From Escherichia phage ETEP21B, in the sequence record OR979722.1: DNA of 39,424 nucleotides, one strand, 5' to 3'. The translations under genes were made by a program, and so were the position numbers. Below are positions 7,568-18,275 of the stretch, one piece after another. The notes under the pieces are model-generated. The model made no database searches. It was given only the letters and a program-made list of their open reading frames with translations, and was not told the DNA's origin. The stretch's first letter is position 1; every line of letters begins with the position of its first letter.

Positions 7568-7831
7568 ATGTTACGACTACACTTCAACAAATCAAATGGC
7601 ATCTTCTCTGCCCGTGGCGCTGACCGTTCAACCGTTCTGGCCTCTGAGAAACATGCAGTCATCCCTAAAGTGCTTGGCTCGACCATTGAGTTAGCACCTC
7701 GTGTTCACGCTGTAATCACCACTGGCTTATATAAAGAAGCGACCACTGGCTCCCGGCCTTTCATTCCGGTTCTCGTCACCCGTTTCCCTAAAGTCCGTCT
7801 GGTAATTGCGCGTATCAAGGAGGTGCTCTAA
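7568..7831 (+). CDS. Gene 1.6-like hypothetical protein, 87 aa
   Basis: ORF with GGAGGA 8 nt upstream; position as T7 gene 1.6; no function recognised. Confidence 0.6.
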   Translation: MLRLHFNKSNGIFSARGADRSTVLASEKHAVIPKVLGSTIELAPRVHAVITTGLYKEATTGSRPFIPVLVTRFPKVRLVIARIKEVL

Positions 7832-8142
7832 TGGTCTGCATGGCATGTTTAGAGAATGATGACCGCTGCCCACATACCTGTGAACCTGTAGCTAAACCAC
7901 AAGATATAGAGGGTGTTCGCAAGCCGAGCCACTATATGTTGTTTGATGACATTGAGGCTATCGAGGTGATTGCCCGTTCGATGACCCGTGAACAGTTCAA
8001 AGGTTACTGCTTAGGGAACATCCTTAAGTACCGCCTACGTGCTGGCAAGAAATCCGAACTGGCATTCTTAGAGAAGGACATGGCTAAAGCTGGGTTCTAT
8101 GGTGAACTGTTCGAGAAACATAAGGACAAGTGCTATGCTTAA
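7831..8142 (+). CDS. 1.7: gp1.7-like protein (nucleotide kinase family in T7), shortened to 103 aa
   Basis: N-terminal CxxC-HTC motif and C-terminal [67 protein letters not shown] match T7 gp1.7; central about 90 aa of T7 protein absent. Confidence 0.8.
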   Translation: MVCMACLENDDRCPHTCEPVAKPQDIEGVRKPSHYMLFDDIEAIEVIARSMTREQFKGYCLGNILKYRLRAGKKSELAFLEKDMAKAGFYGELFEKHKDKCYA

Positions 8143-8233
8143 GCCAAGCGAATGGTGTGAGCGCATGTTCGAGAAGACAGGCAACACCGACTACTTAGAG
8201 TTATACAACCTGTGGAAAGGGAGAGGACAATGA
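8135..8233 (+). CDS. 1.8: Gene 1.8-like small protein, 32 aa (not in ORF track)
   Basis: Translation [32 protein letters not shown] resembles T7 gp1.8; overlaps ends of flanking genes. Confidence 0.6.
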   Translation: MLKPSEWCERMFEKTGNTDYLELYNLWKGRGQ

Positions 8234-8421
8234 GCAATTTAAACAAAGGGTCACTGGTTAACGGTGACAAGAAGTTCTTCGCAACGGTCGAAGGCCAAGG
8301 CCAATCGTTCGAAGTACCTGTGTTCGCTGAGTCTCTTGAAGAGGCCAACGAGTTAGCCGAGTGGCAATACGTCCCGGCTGGCTTCGCAGTGACACGCATC
8401 CGTCCAGACCGTAAGGTTTAA
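8230..8421 (+). CDS. 2: Host RNA polymerase inhibitor Gp2, 63 aa
   Basis: [59 protein letters not shown] matches T7 Gp2; start at internal ATG with GGGAGAGGA RBS. Confidence 0.9.
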   Translation: MSNLNKGSLVNGDKKFFATVEGQGQSFEVPVFAESLEEANELAEWQYVPAGFAVTRIRPDRKV

Positions 8422-8441
8422 TTGGACTCACTAATGGGAGA
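8419..8441 (+). promoter_or_regulatory. Phage RNAP promoter (phi2.5-like), TAATTGGACTCACTAATGGGAGA
   Basis: Consensus match with two substitutions upstream. Confidence 0.75.
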
Positions 8442-8488
8442 CACATCGTTTCCCGCTTTTAACTTTCAGAAACTTAAGGAGAAACATC

Positions 8489-9196
8489 ATGGCTTTCAAC
8501 AAACGTAAAGTATTCACTTCCGCTCGTGGCGTTGCTGAACCATACTGCTATCTGGCTAAGCCGGACTTCGGTAGTGGTGACTTCAAGAACGAACGCGGTG
8601 TCTACAAAGTGTCACTTACTGTATCCAACGACGACCCTCGCTGTCAGAAAATGATTGACGAGATTGTCGAAGCCCACGAAACGGATTACGCTGCACGTCT
8701 GGAAGAGTACGAAGCGAACCCGCCGAAGGTAGTCAAGGGCAAGAAACCGCTGAAGCCATACGTTGGCGACATGCCGTTCATGGATAACGAAGATGGAACC
8801 ACAACGTTCAACTTCAAGTGCTACGGTTCGTTCACTGACAAGAAGACTGGTGAGAATAAACCAATCGACTTGGCTATCGTGGACTCCAAAGGTAAGCGCA
8901 TTCGCGGCGAGCGTCCAGCTATCTCTGGCGGCTCTGAACTGAAAATCAAATACACCCTGTTCCCATATGGCTGGTCTGCTGTGGCTGGTGCAAGCGTTAA
9001 GCTGCAACTGGATTCCGTAATGCTGATTAAGCTGGTCGAGTTCGGTGGTGGTGATGACGATTGGGGCGATGAAGTCGAAGAAGACGGCTACGTTGCTGAT
9101 GAGTCTCAGACCCGTCAACGTCCGCAGAATGATTCTGGTTGGGGCGAAGAAGAAGCTGAGGAGTCTGAAGACGAAGATGAAGATGGCGACTTCTAA
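8489..9196 (+). CDS. 2.5: Single-stranded DNA-binding protein gp2.5, 235 aa, acidic C-terminal tail ending DGDF
   Basis: Similarity to T7 gp2.5 including the characteristic acidic C-terminus. Confidence 0.93.
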   Translation: MAFNKRKVFTSARGVAEPYCYLAKPDFGSGDFKNERGVYKVSLTVSNDDPRCQKMIDEIVEAHETDYAARLEEYEANPPKVVKGKKPLKPYVGDMPFMDNEDGTTTFNFKCYGSFTDKKTGENKPIDLAIVDSKGKRIRGERPAISGGSELKIKYTLFPYGWSAVAGASVKLQLDSVMLIKLVEFGGGDDDWGDEVEEDGYVADESQTRQRPQNDSGWGEEEAEESEDEDEDGDF

Positions 9197-9642
9197 TGGC
9201 TAAGGGATATGCAGGTCGGGGCACTCGCGTGGGTGCCTTTCGCTCTGGCTTGGAGGATAAGGTAAGTAAGCAACTCGAAGGGAAGAACATCAAGTTCGAT
9301 TATGAGCGTTGGCGAGTACCTTATGTTATTCCTGCAAGCAACCATACCTATTGCCCGGACTTCCTGTTACCTAATGGAATCTTTGTGGAAACCAAAGGTC
9401 TGTGGGACAGTGACGACCGCAAGAAGCACTTGCTGATTCGTGAACAGTATCCTGAACTTGATGTACGCATCGTGTTCTCTTCTAGTCGCTCCAAGCTGTA
9501 CAAAGGGTCTCCGACCAGTTACGGTGAGTGGTGTGAGAAGCATGGCATTCTGTTCGCTGACAAATTAATTCCAGTTGATTGGCTTAAAGAGCCTTCTAAG
9601 GATGTTCCATTCGATAAATTTAAAGAGGTGAAGAAGAAATGA
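9196..9642 (+). CDS. 3: Endonuclease I (Holliday junction resolvase), 148 aa
   Basis: VGAFRSGLEDKVSKQLE, VPYVIPASNHTY.PDFLLPNGIFVETKGLW.SDDRKKHLLIREQ.PEL match T7 gp3. Confidence 0.95.
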   Translation: MAKGYAGRGTRVGAFRSGLEDKVSKQLEGKNIKFDYERWRVPYVIPASNHTYCPDFLLPNGIFVETKGLWDSDDRKKHLLIREQYPELDVRIVFSSSRSKLYKGSPTSYGEWCEKHGILFADKLIPVDWLKEPSKDVPFDKFKEVKKK

Positions 9643-10094
9643 GTAAGGTACAATTCAAACCACGCGCTGTGACAGAAGCAATCTTTGTCCACTGTAGCGC
9701 AACTAAGGCGACCATGAACGTTGGTCTGCGTGAAATCCGTCAGTGGCATAAAGAACAGGGCTGGCTTGATGTAGGCTACCACTTCATTATTCGCCGTGAT
9801 GGTACAATCGAAGAAGGCCGTCCGGTCGATGTCGTTGGGTCTCATGTGAAAGACTGGAACAGTAAGTCAGTCGGTGTGTGTCTCGTTGGTGGTATCGACG
9901 AAAAGGGCAAACACGAAGCTAACTTTACTCCAGCACAGATGCAGTCTCTTAAAGAGAAACTGGCAGACCTGAAAGACCTGTACCCGGATGCTGAAATCAA
10001 AGCGCACCACGATGTCGCACCTAAAGCATGTCCAAGTTTTAACTTGAGTCGCTGGCTGAAGACTGGTGAATTAGTAACAAGTGATTGGGGTTAA
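9639..10094 (+). CDS. 3.5: Lysozyme / N-acetylmuramoyl-L-alanine amidase (also the RNAP inhibitor in T7), 151 aa
   Basis: VQFK.R..T.AIFVHCSATK...NVG.REIRQWHKEQGWLDVGYHFII.RDGT, HEVAPKACPSF match T7 lysozyme. Confidence 0.95.
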   Translation: MSKVQFKPRAVTEAIFVHCSATKATMNVGLREIRQWHKEQGWLDVGYHFIIRRDGTIEEGRPVDVVGSHVKDWNSKSVGVCLVGGIDEKGKHEANFTPAQMQSLKEKLADLKDLYPDAEIKAHHDVAPKACPSFNLSRWLKTGELVTSDWG

Positions 10095-10114
10095 TAGAAC
10101 TCACTATGGGAGGA
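10092..10114 (+). promoter_or_regulatory. Phage RNAP promoter variant (phi3.8-like), TAATAGAACTCACTATGGGAGGA
   Basis: Consensus core; GAAC replaces CGAC. Confidence 0.65.
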
Positions 10115-10164
10115 CCGAAAGGTTTCTCCCTTTGTTCGCTAAAATTGTATAAGGAGTAACCACT

Positions 10165-11974
<1,810 letters not shown>

Positions 11975-12040
11975 CAGTCATTGGGTAGACCAGTGGGAAG
12001 AACTGAATGAGCGCGAACAGGCGCTCGACAGGAAGCAATC

Positions 12041-12063
12041 AATAGAACTCACTAATGGGACAG
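12041..12063 (+). promoter_or_regulatory. Phage RNAP promoter (phi4.3-like), AATAGAACTCACTAATGGGACAG
   Basis: Consensus match downstream of gene 4. Confidence 0.7.
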
Positions 12064-12105
12064 ACATTCTGTTCCCACTCATCAATCCACTTAAGGAGAA
12101 TCACA

Positions 12106-12318
12106 ATGTTTAAATTCATCAACACTCTTGGTAAGCTGGTCGTTAAGATGTACTTCCGTGAAGCTAAACGTCTGAACAACAAGGCACGTAAAGACGCTGA
12201 ACAGGCACAACGCTTGGCTAAACAGGCGCGTCTGCTGTCTGAAGATGCGAGCAATGGCGTGACCTCTGCTGCCAAGATTGCAGCGAAAGCAACCGACCTC
12301 AACAAATTCTTCGCTTAA
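12106..12318 (+). CDS. 4.3: gp4.3-like protein, 70 aa
   Basis: MFKFINTLGKLVVKMYFREAKRLNNKARKDAEQ... resembles T7 gp4.3 (same length); AAGGAGAA RBS. Confidence 0.8.
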   Translation: MFKFINTLGKLVVKMYFREAKRLNNKARKDAEQAQRLAKQARLLSEDASNGVTSAAKIAAKATDLNKFFA

Positions 12319-12331
12319 GGAGTAACATAAC

Positions 12332-12637
12332 ATGGCTATTAAATTCCCCGGCAATACCATCCGTCTGTCTGACACCGTTGACCAGTATGCTCGTCGAGTC
12401 CACATCAACGTTCGCAATGGCAAGGTCACTCTGGTCTACCGTTGGAAAGACCATAAGTCCACCAAGGCGCACACACAGCGTGTGACTCTGGATGACACAC
12501 AGGCAGGTCGTCTGCTGGCCTCCGTTGCTGTAGCTGCTACTGTGGCTGTAGGTGAAGACAAGACCCGCGAACTTCTGCTGTCCAAGGTGGTAGGAGAAGA
12601 GGGCATGGTTCTGGCTGAGAAGTCTGAACTGCACTAA
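12332..12637 (+). CDS. 4.5: gp4.5-like hypothetical protein, 101 aa
   Basis: ORF with AAGGAG RBS at the T7 gene 4.5 position. Confidence 0.7.
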   Translation: MAIKFPGNTIRLSDTVDQYARRVHINVRNGKVTLVYRWKDHKSTKAHTQRVTLDDTQAGRLLASVAVAATVAVGEDKTRELLLSKVVGEEGMVLAEKSELH

Positions 12638-12684
12638 GAGTTAAACTAAAGGTCATCTCCGGGTGGCCTTTGTGATTAACTTTT
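12638..12684 (+). promoter_or_regulatory. RNase III-type processing element (R4.7-like), second copy of the 6283-6331 element
   Basis: Near-identical about 47-bp sequence; T7 has R4.7 at this position. Confidence 0.6.
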
Positions 12685-12693
12685 GTATGAAAA

Positions 12694-12716
12694 CTATTCA
12701 ACTCACTAATGGGAGA
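12694..12716 (+). promoter_or_regulatory. Phage RNAP promoter (phi4.7-like), CTATTCAACTCACTAATGGGAGA
   Basis: Consensus core and initiation region. Confidence 0.7.
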
Positions 12717-12724
12717 ACGAAACT

Positions 12725-13141
12725 ATGCGTAACCGTAATGTAATCGAATCTGAAATCTCTAAGCTGCAAGCTGAACTGGCTGATGTCAAAGAGTATGAAT
12801 GTGCTCGTGACTCTGCGGTACACATCCTGAAGAACTTAGGGTGGACTCGCGTTCGTGGTCAATGGGTGAAACCTAAATCCACTAGCGGTAGCGTTGGCTA
12901 TCAGACCTTCGACGCAAACAAGATGACCCACATCAAGCCCGGTGACTTCTGCACCTCTCTGAGTAACGCAGACATCTGGTACGTTCGCAAAGTGGAAGGC
13001 ATCGACGTGTGGTGTTCCCGTGTGACTCGCATTGATGCTATGGGAACTGTGGCTGGCATTCAGTACCACAAGATGAACCACAAGAACCTGCGTGTGGTTG
13101 ACCCTAAGAACTTCATGGGATACCGCAAATCTACATTTTAA
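12725..13141 (+). CDS. 4.7: gp4.7-like hypothetical protein, 138 aa
   Basis: ORF at the T7 gene 4.7 position with similar length. Confidence 0.7.
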   Translation: MRNRNVIESEISKLQAELADVKEYECARDSAVHILKNLGWTRVRGQWVKPKSTSGSVGYQTFDANKMTHIKPGDFCTSLSNADIWYVRKVEGIDVWCSRVTRIDAMGTVAGIQYHKMNHKNLRVVDPKNFMGYRKSTF

Positions 13142-13153
13142 GGAGTAAACACA

Positions 13154-15268
13154 ATGTTACTATCCGACATCGAAACAAACGGGTTGCTGCACAACGTTAG
13201 TCAATTTCACTGTGCGGTGACTTACGACTACACAACTGACCAGTACATCCGTTACCGACCTGATGACTTTGGGGCGTACATTGATGCACTCGAAGCCGAG
13301 GTTGCTCGTGGTGGTCTCATTGTGTTCCACAACGGTCACAAGTATGACGTTCCTGTTATCGAGAAGCTGGCGAAGCTGATTCTGAATCGTGACGTTAAGT
13401 TCCCGAAAGAGAACGTTTTGGATACCCTCGTGATGTCCCGCTTGATTTACTCTAACATCAAAGACACCGATGCTGGTCTGCTCCGTGCTGGTAAGCTGCC
13501 GGGTAAACGCTTTGGTTCCCACGCTCTGGAGGCTTGGGGTTATCGCTTAGGCGAAATGAAGGGTGAGTACAAGGACGACTTCAAGGCTTCACTGGCTGAG
13601 TCTGGTGAAGAATACGTTGATGGTATGGAATGGCTCCTGTTCAACGAAGACATGATGGAATATAACGTTCAAGACGTTGTAGTCACCAAGGCTCTCTTCG
13701 AGAAACTCTGTAGCAACACATTCTATTTCCCTAACGAGACACCTGCTGGAAGCACAGAAGCAGACCGTTTCTGGAATGGTAGCCTTGAGGCTGTCAAACT
13801 GGAACATGATGCTGCGTGGTTGTTAGCCAAGATGGAACGTAACGGTTTCCCGATTGACGTCAAGTCTCTTGAGAACCTGTACGCAGAACTCGCTGGTCGC
13901 CGTGGTGAGCTACTCGTAGAGTTAACCAATACGTTTGGCTCATGGTACTCCGCTAAAGGCGGTGTGGAAGCATTCAGGCACCCTCGTACCGGAAAGCCAC
14001 TCACTAAGTATCCTCGTGTGAAGTATCCGAAACAGGGTGGCATCTTTAAGAAGCCGAAGAACAAGAAGCAACGTGAAGGTCTGGAACCTTGTGAACTGGA
14101 CACTCGTGATTATGTAGAGGGCGCTCCGTATACGCCTGTAGAGCACGTTGTGTTTAACCCTGCAAGTCGTGACCACATCACCCGTGTGCTTACCAAAGCT
14201 GGATGGGTTCCCGTTGAGTTCACTCCGAGTGGTGCACCAAAGGTAGACGATGAGGTCTTAGAGCACGTTAAGGTAGACGACCCTGATGCACAGCGTTGCA
14301 TTGAGTTGATTAAAGAATACCTTATGATTCAGAAACGTATCGGTCAGGTTGCTGAGGGTGATAACGGCTGGCTCCGAATGATTGGAGACGATGGTCGTAT
14401 TCACGGAAGCGTTAACCCGAACGGTGCGGTAACTGGTCGTGCAACTCATAGTTTCCCTAACGTGACACAGGTGCCTTCCATCCGTGCTGCATATGGCGAA
14501 CCTTGCCGTGCTGCTTTCGGTGCCGAGCACAACATGAAAGACGGTAAGCCAGACCCTTGGATTCAAGTTGGTGTGGATGCGTCCGGCCTTGAGCTACGCT
14601 GCTTGGGTCACTTCATGTATCGCTATGATGAGGGTGAGTACGTTGAGACCATCCTAACTGGTGACATCCATACGAAGAACCAGTTGGCTGCTGGTCTACC
14701 AACTCGTGACAACGCTAAGACGTTTATATATGGGTTCCTCTATGGCGCTGGTGCTGCGAAGATTGGACAGATTGTTGGGGGTACTGCCGAAGACGGTAAG
14801 CGACTCATCAAGAACTTCCTTGAGCAAACTCCGGCTATCGCTGCGTTACGTGAAGCAATCACAGGGACACTCGTCAAGGACTCTAAGTGGGTCGGTGGCG
14901 AACAGAAAGTAACTTGGAAGCGCCGATGGGTTCGTGGGTTGGATGGTCGTAAAGTCCATGTCCGTAGTCCTCATGCTGCGCTGAACACCTTGTTGCAGTC
15001 TGCTGGTGCACTTATTTGTAAACTGTGGATTGTCAAGACAGAAGAGATGCTCCTTGAGATGGGCTATAAGCACGGCTGGGATGGTGACTTCTGCCTCATG
15101 GGGTGGATACACGATGAGCAACAGCTTGCTTGCCGTACTGAAGAGATTGCCAAAGTTGTAATCGAAGTATCTCAACAGGCTATGCGCTGGGTTGGAGACC
15201 ACTTTAACTTCCGGTGCCAACTGGATACTGAAGGAAAGATGGGGCCGAATTGGGCTGTATGCCACTGA
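13154..15268 (+). CDS. 5: DNA polymerase gp5 (family A, with 3'-5' exonuclease), 704 aa
   Basis: Collinear with T7 DNA polymerase (same 704 aa; DIETNGL exo motif, GLIVFHNGHKYDVP, KTFIYGFLYGAG, HDE motif, C-terminal GPNWA.CH). Confidence 0.98.
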   Translation: MLLSDIETNGLLHNVSQFHCAVTYDYTTDQYIRYRPDDFGAYIDALEAEVARGGLIVFHNGHKYDVPVIEKLAKLILNRDVKFPKENVLDTLVMSRLIYSNIKDTDAGLLRAGKLPGKRFGSHALEAWGYRLGEMKGEYKDDFKASLAESGEEYVDGMEWLLFNEDMMEYNVQDVVVTKALFEKLCSNTFYFPNETPAGSTEADRFWNGSLEAVKLEHDAAWLLAKMERNGFPIDVKSLENLYAELAGRRGELLVELTNTFGSWYSAKGGVEAFRHPRTGKPLTKYPRVKYPKQGGIFKKPKNKKQREGLEPCELDTRDYVEGAPYTPVEHVVFNPASRDHITRVLTKAGWVPVEFTPSGAPKVDDEVLEHVKVDDPDAQRCIELIKEYLMIQKRIGQVAEGDNGWLRMIGDDGRIHGSVNPNGAVTGRATHSFPNVTQVPSIRAAYGEPCRAAFGAEHNMKDGKPDPWIQVGVDASGLELRCLGHFMYRYDEGEYVETILTGDIHTKNQLAAGLPTRDNAKTFIYGFLYGAGAAKIGQIVGGTAEDGKRLIKNFLEQTPAIAALREAITGTLVKDSKWVGGEQKVTWKRRWVRGLDGRKVHVRSPHAALNTLLQSAGALICKLWIVKTEEMLLEMGYKHGWDGDFCLMGWIHDEQQLACRTEEIAKVVIEVSQQAMRWVGDHFNFRCQLDTEGKMGPNWAVCH

Positions 15269-15279
15269 GGAGGTAAACT

Positions 15280-15615
15280 ATGGGAGGCGTTACTACGCTT
15301 AGGTTTCACACTATGCCGACTGGCTGTGTCGTCTGCGTCTCCCATAAGAGGAACAAAGATGGTTACTTCCGGTACAGCGTAGGGTCATCCAGAAAGGGTG
15401 AGAAGATGGCGTTTATGTTCCACCGATTCGTGTGGGAGAACGTCAACGGAAAGATACCAGAAGGGTATGAGATAGACCATCTATGCCTAAACCGTGGGTG
15501 CTGTAACGTAGAGCACCTACAGTGTATCCCCAAGCGGGAACATGTAATCAAGACTAACCGAGAGCGGAAGGTCATCACATTGAAAGCAAAGGAGAAATAT
15601 CATGGCTATTACTAA
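15280..15615 (+). CDS. HNH endonuclease (homing-endonuclease-like), 111 aa
   Basis: HNH motif EIDHLCLNRGCCNVEHLQ with upstream HRFVWE; GAGGAGG RBS; lies between DNA polymerase and gene 5.5. Confidence 0.8.
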   Translation: MGGVTTLRFHTMPTGCVVCVSHKRNKDGYFRYSVGSSRKGEKMAFMFHRFVWENVNGKIPEGYEIDHLCLNRGCCNVEHLQCIPKREHVIKTNRERKVITLKAKEKYHGYY

Positions 15616-15886
15616 ACGTTTTAAAGTATCATTTGAAGTTACCGCTGTAATCAACTCTGAGATGGAGAAAGGCTTCACCGAGGAACTGGTTCATTTGGCT
15701 AAGAAGGCTGCGGCTGGTGAGAAGATTAGTCCTCGTGACCGTGAACTTCTGGTACAAGCGCTGACTCATGGTGTCGAGGGTGCTATCTCCTTTGCCGCCA
15801 AACAGGGTATGCGAGAGTTCATTCGTACCGAGTTACCGGAAGATGGTCTGAAGGTTTCTCCAGCAACTATCCGTGAGGTGAAGTAA
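15602..15886 (+). CDS. 5.5: gp5.5-like protein (H-NS-binding protein in T7), 94 aa
   Basis: MAITKRFKVSFEVTA...SPATIREV resembles T7 gp5.5. Confidence 0.85.
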   Translation: MAITKRFKVSFEVTAVINSEMEKGFTEELVHLAKKAAAGEKISPRDRELLVQALTHGVEGAISFAAKQGMREFIRTELPEDGLKVSPATIREVK

Positions 15887-16095
15887 TGGGTGAATATCTT
15901 CGTGTACTGGCGGCTATCAAAAGCTGCCCTAAGACCTTTCAGTCTAACTACGTGCGCAACAATGCGTCACTGGTGGCTGAGGCTGCGAGCCGTGGTCATA
16001 TCTCTTGCCTATCAGTCGATGGGCGTAATGCTGGCGCTTGGGAAGTAACAGGCGCTGGCGTCCGTTTCCTGAAGAAGATGGGAGGTTGCGTATGA
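15886..16095 (+). CDS. 5.7: gp5.7-like protein, 69 aa
   Basis: LAAIKSCPKTFQSNYVRNNASLVAEAASRGHISCL matches T7 gp5.7. Confidence 0.9.
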   Translation: MGEYLRVLAAIKSCPKTFQSNYVRNNASLVAEAASRGHISCLSVDGRNAGAWEVTGAGVRFLKKMGGCV

Positions 16096-16277
16096 GTCTG
16101 CACACAGACAACGTTACAGTGACCCGTGAGGCGTGGAACGACATGCAAGCATACATTCAATCACTGGAGAAGAAAGCTGAGAAGCTGGACGCTCTGGAGG
16201 CTGGTGGTGTGGACAATTGGTCCGGCTACTGGTTCTCTATGGAAGAGGCTGGTCTCACAGGGGAGGACGACTTATGA
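16092..16277 (+). CDS. 5.9: gp5.9-like protein (RecBCD inhibitor in T7), 61 aa
   Basis: AWNDMQAYIQSLEKK resembles T7 gp5.9; start at ATG after GGAGG. Confidence 0.75.
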   Translation: MSLHTDNVTVTREAWNDMQAYIQSLEKKAEKLDALEAGGVDNWSGYWFSMEEAGLTGEDDL

Positions 16278-17188
16278 GTGCAATTACATTGAAGGAGTTC
16301 TATGAGTTACGCCAAGGCAAATCCGATAAGGGTGTCTTGGTCATGGATGGTGACTGGCTTGTCTTTCAGGCTATGGCTGCAAGTGAAGTAGAGACCGATT
16401 GGGGTGATGACTGCTGGACATTAGAGTGCGACCATGCGAAGGCGTGGAACATTCTCGTTGACTCCATCAAGTCCTATGCGAGCCGTAAGAAGGCTTGGCG
16501 TGCTGCACCTATCATATTGGCCTTCACCGACTCTGTGAACTGGCGTAAGGAATTAGTCGACCCAACCTATAAGGAGAACCGTAAGGCATCCCGTAAGCCT
16601 GTAGGCTACCGTGCGTTCGTCGAGCGTGTTCAAGCCTGTGAGGACTGGACGTCTATCCTTGAGGACCGACTTGAGGGTGATGACGTAATGGGAATCATTG
16701 GGTCTGGTGCTAAACATTTTGGTTTCAAGAAGGCTGTGTTGGTCTCCTGTGATAAGGATTTTAAGACCATCCCTGATTGTGACTTCTTGTGGTGCACAAC
16801 TGGTAACATCTTGACTCAAGACCAGACTACTGCTGACTACTGGCACATCTATCAGACCATTAAAGGTGACTTGACAGATGGCTATGGTGGCATTCCGGGC
16901 TGGGGTGAGACTACCGCTGAGTGGCTGGAGAACCCGTATGCCTTTGAACAGGTTGAGAAAACCTTTAAGTCTGGTGCCCGTAAGGGTCAGACGGTTCTCG
17001 AATGGAAGAAGGTTGACATGGGTGAGCGAACCTTATGGGAAGCCATTGTGACACTTGGCGCGAAAGCTGGGATGACCGAAGAGGAAATCATTAAGCAGGG
17101 CCAGATGGCTCGCATCCTGCGTTTCGAAGAGTACAACTTTATCGACAAGGAGATTTACCTATGGTCGCCGGAACAGTTGCGTTCGTGA
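16274..17188 (+). CDS. 6: 5'-3' exonuclease gp6, 304 aa
   Basis: KEFYELRQGKSDKGVLVMDGDWLVFQAM, VSCDKDFKTIPDCDFLWCTTGNILTQ, GMTEEEIIKQGQMARILRFEEYNFIDKEIYLW match T7 gp6. Confidence 0.96.
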   Translation: MSAITLKEFYELRQGKSDKGVLVMDGDWLVFQAMAASEVETDWGDDCWTLECDHAKAWNILVDSIKSYASRKKAWRAAPIILAFTDSVNWRKELVDPTYKENRKASRKPVGYRAFVERVQACEDWTSILEDRLEGDDVMGIIGSGAKHFGFKKAVLVSCDKDFKTIPDCDFLWCTTGNILTQDQTTADYWHIYQTIKGDLTDGYGGIPGWGETTAEWLENPYAFEQVEKTFKSGARKGQTVLEWKKVDMGERTLWEAIVTLGAKAGMTEEEIIKQGQMARILRFEEYNFIDKEIYLWSPEQLRS

Positions 17189-17247
17189 TGTTCGCAATCG
17201 TAGCCTTCGCTATGGTGTGGGCCGCATTTATAGCTAAGAGTGTGTAA
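17161..17247 (+). CDS. 6.3: gp6.3-like tiny hydrophobic peptide, 28 aa, overlapping the end of gene 6
   Basis: AGGAG 8 nt upstream; MVAGTVAFVMFAIVAFAMVWAAFIAKSV; T7 has small gene 6.3 here. Confidence 0.5.
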   Translation: MVAGTVAFVMFAIVAFAMVWAAFIAKSV

Positions 17248-17275
17248 CTCTAGGCATTCTTCTCGACAGTGAAAT

Positions 17276-17298
17276 CAATACGACTCACTATTGAGAGG
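17276..17298 (+). promoter_or_regulatory. Phage RNAP promoter (phi6.5-like), CAATACGACTCACTATTGAGAGG
   Basis: Consensus -17 to -1; initiation region GAGA. Confidence 0.75.
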
Positions 17299-17349
17299 GG
17301 TGCCTATATGATACCTACTTTAAGTTTAACTTTAAGGAGAATATTAATT

Positions 17350-17595
17350 ATGTTAACCCCTATCAAGAAGTATATGGAGAACCCACAAGATATTCCTAAT
17401 GTGCCTCGTGCAACTATGGAGTACCTACAGGTTCAATACAATGCTGGATATGCTATTCAGTCAGGACTAATCAACCGATTAAAACAGGCTGGATGGTCTG
17501 AAAGCTACATCGCTGGGTTCCTCGCGGGTCTCAACTATGCGTCTCAAACCTTAGACGACATGGAGGCAATCCGTAAGGAACAGGCTGAGTCCTAA
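17350..17595 (+). CDS. 6.5: gp6.5-like protein, 81 aa
   Basis: MLTPI...NPQDIPNVPRATMEYLQV resembles T7 gp6.5; AGGAGA RBS. Confidence 0.8.
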   Translation: MLTPIKKYMENPQDIPNVPRATMEYLQVQYNAGYAIQSGLINRLKQAGWSESYIAGFLAGLNYASQTLDDMEAIRKEQAES

Positions 17596-17610
17596 TCGTA
17601 TGGAGGTCTT

Positions 17611-17883
17611 ATGTGCTTTTCACCAAAGATTAAGACACCTAAAGTAAAGACAGATACTGTCCGAGCTATTGACCCAGCGCCACTGACTGAGGAACCGAAA
17701 GGTATTCTCTTTGGAGGCGATGAGGACACAGATAGCGGAACCTCTTCTGAGGTGCCAACGGGTGGCAAGAAGTCCCTTAAGGTGAAACTGGATGACTCCG
17801 TTGAGAAGTCCAAGAAGGCTGATGATGCAGCCAAGAAGAAGTCCAAGTCTGGTATCCGTACCAGTATCTTTAAGAAGAAATAA
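17611..17883 (+). CDS. 6.7: gp6.7-like virion protein, 90 aa
   Basis: MCFSPKIKTPK... N-terminus matches T7 gp6.7. Confidence 0.85.
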   Translation: MCFSPKIKTPKVKTDTVRAIDPAPLTEEPKGILFGGDEDTDSGTSSEVPTGGKKSLKVKLDDSVEKSKKADDAAKKKSKSGIRTSIFKKK

Positions 17884-17897
17884 TTAGGAGGTTTATC

Positions 17898-18263
17898 ATG
17901 GGTTGGGGTAAAAAGATTCGCAAATCAGTTAAGAAGGCTGTCAAGAAAGTAACCAAGCCTATCGAGAAGGTAGTTAAGGAAACAGGTAAGGCAGTTGAGA
18001 AGGTTGGTAAGGAAGCTGGGAAAGTCGTTGGAGGCGTTGCTGGTGCTCTGTCTGGTGGTAAGCCTGATGTTCAAGTCGTTGAGACACCTGCTGCTGCTGT
18101 TCAAGCTGCACCTCCTGCTGCACAGATTATCGAGCCACCAAGTAAAGACGATGTAGACTCCGATGATGATGCACAGACTGAATCAGGTAAGAAGAAAGCC
18201 CGTGCTGGCGGTAAGAAATCTCTGAGTGTCGCTCGCAGTTCTGGCGGTGGTCTTAACATTTAA
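17898..18263 (+). CDS. 7.3: gp7.3-like virion protein, 121 aa
   Basis: Lys-rich N-terminus and C-terminus TESGKKKARAGGKKSLSVARSSGGGLNI match T7 gp7.3. Confidence 0.88.
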   Translation: MGWGKKIRKSVKKAVKKVTKPIEKVVKETGKAVEKVGKEAGKVVGGVAGALSGGKPDVQVVETPAAAVQAAPPAAQIIEPPSKDDVDSDDDAQTESGKKKARAGGKKSLSVARSSGGGLNI

Positions 18264-18275
18264 TAAGGAGGCACT

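Noticed and set aside
7473-7694. 73-aa + strand ORF spanning the phi1.6-like promoter
   Set aside because: Crosses a promoter and overlaps the better-supported 26-aa peptide and gene 1.6-like ORFs in another frame; no RBS.
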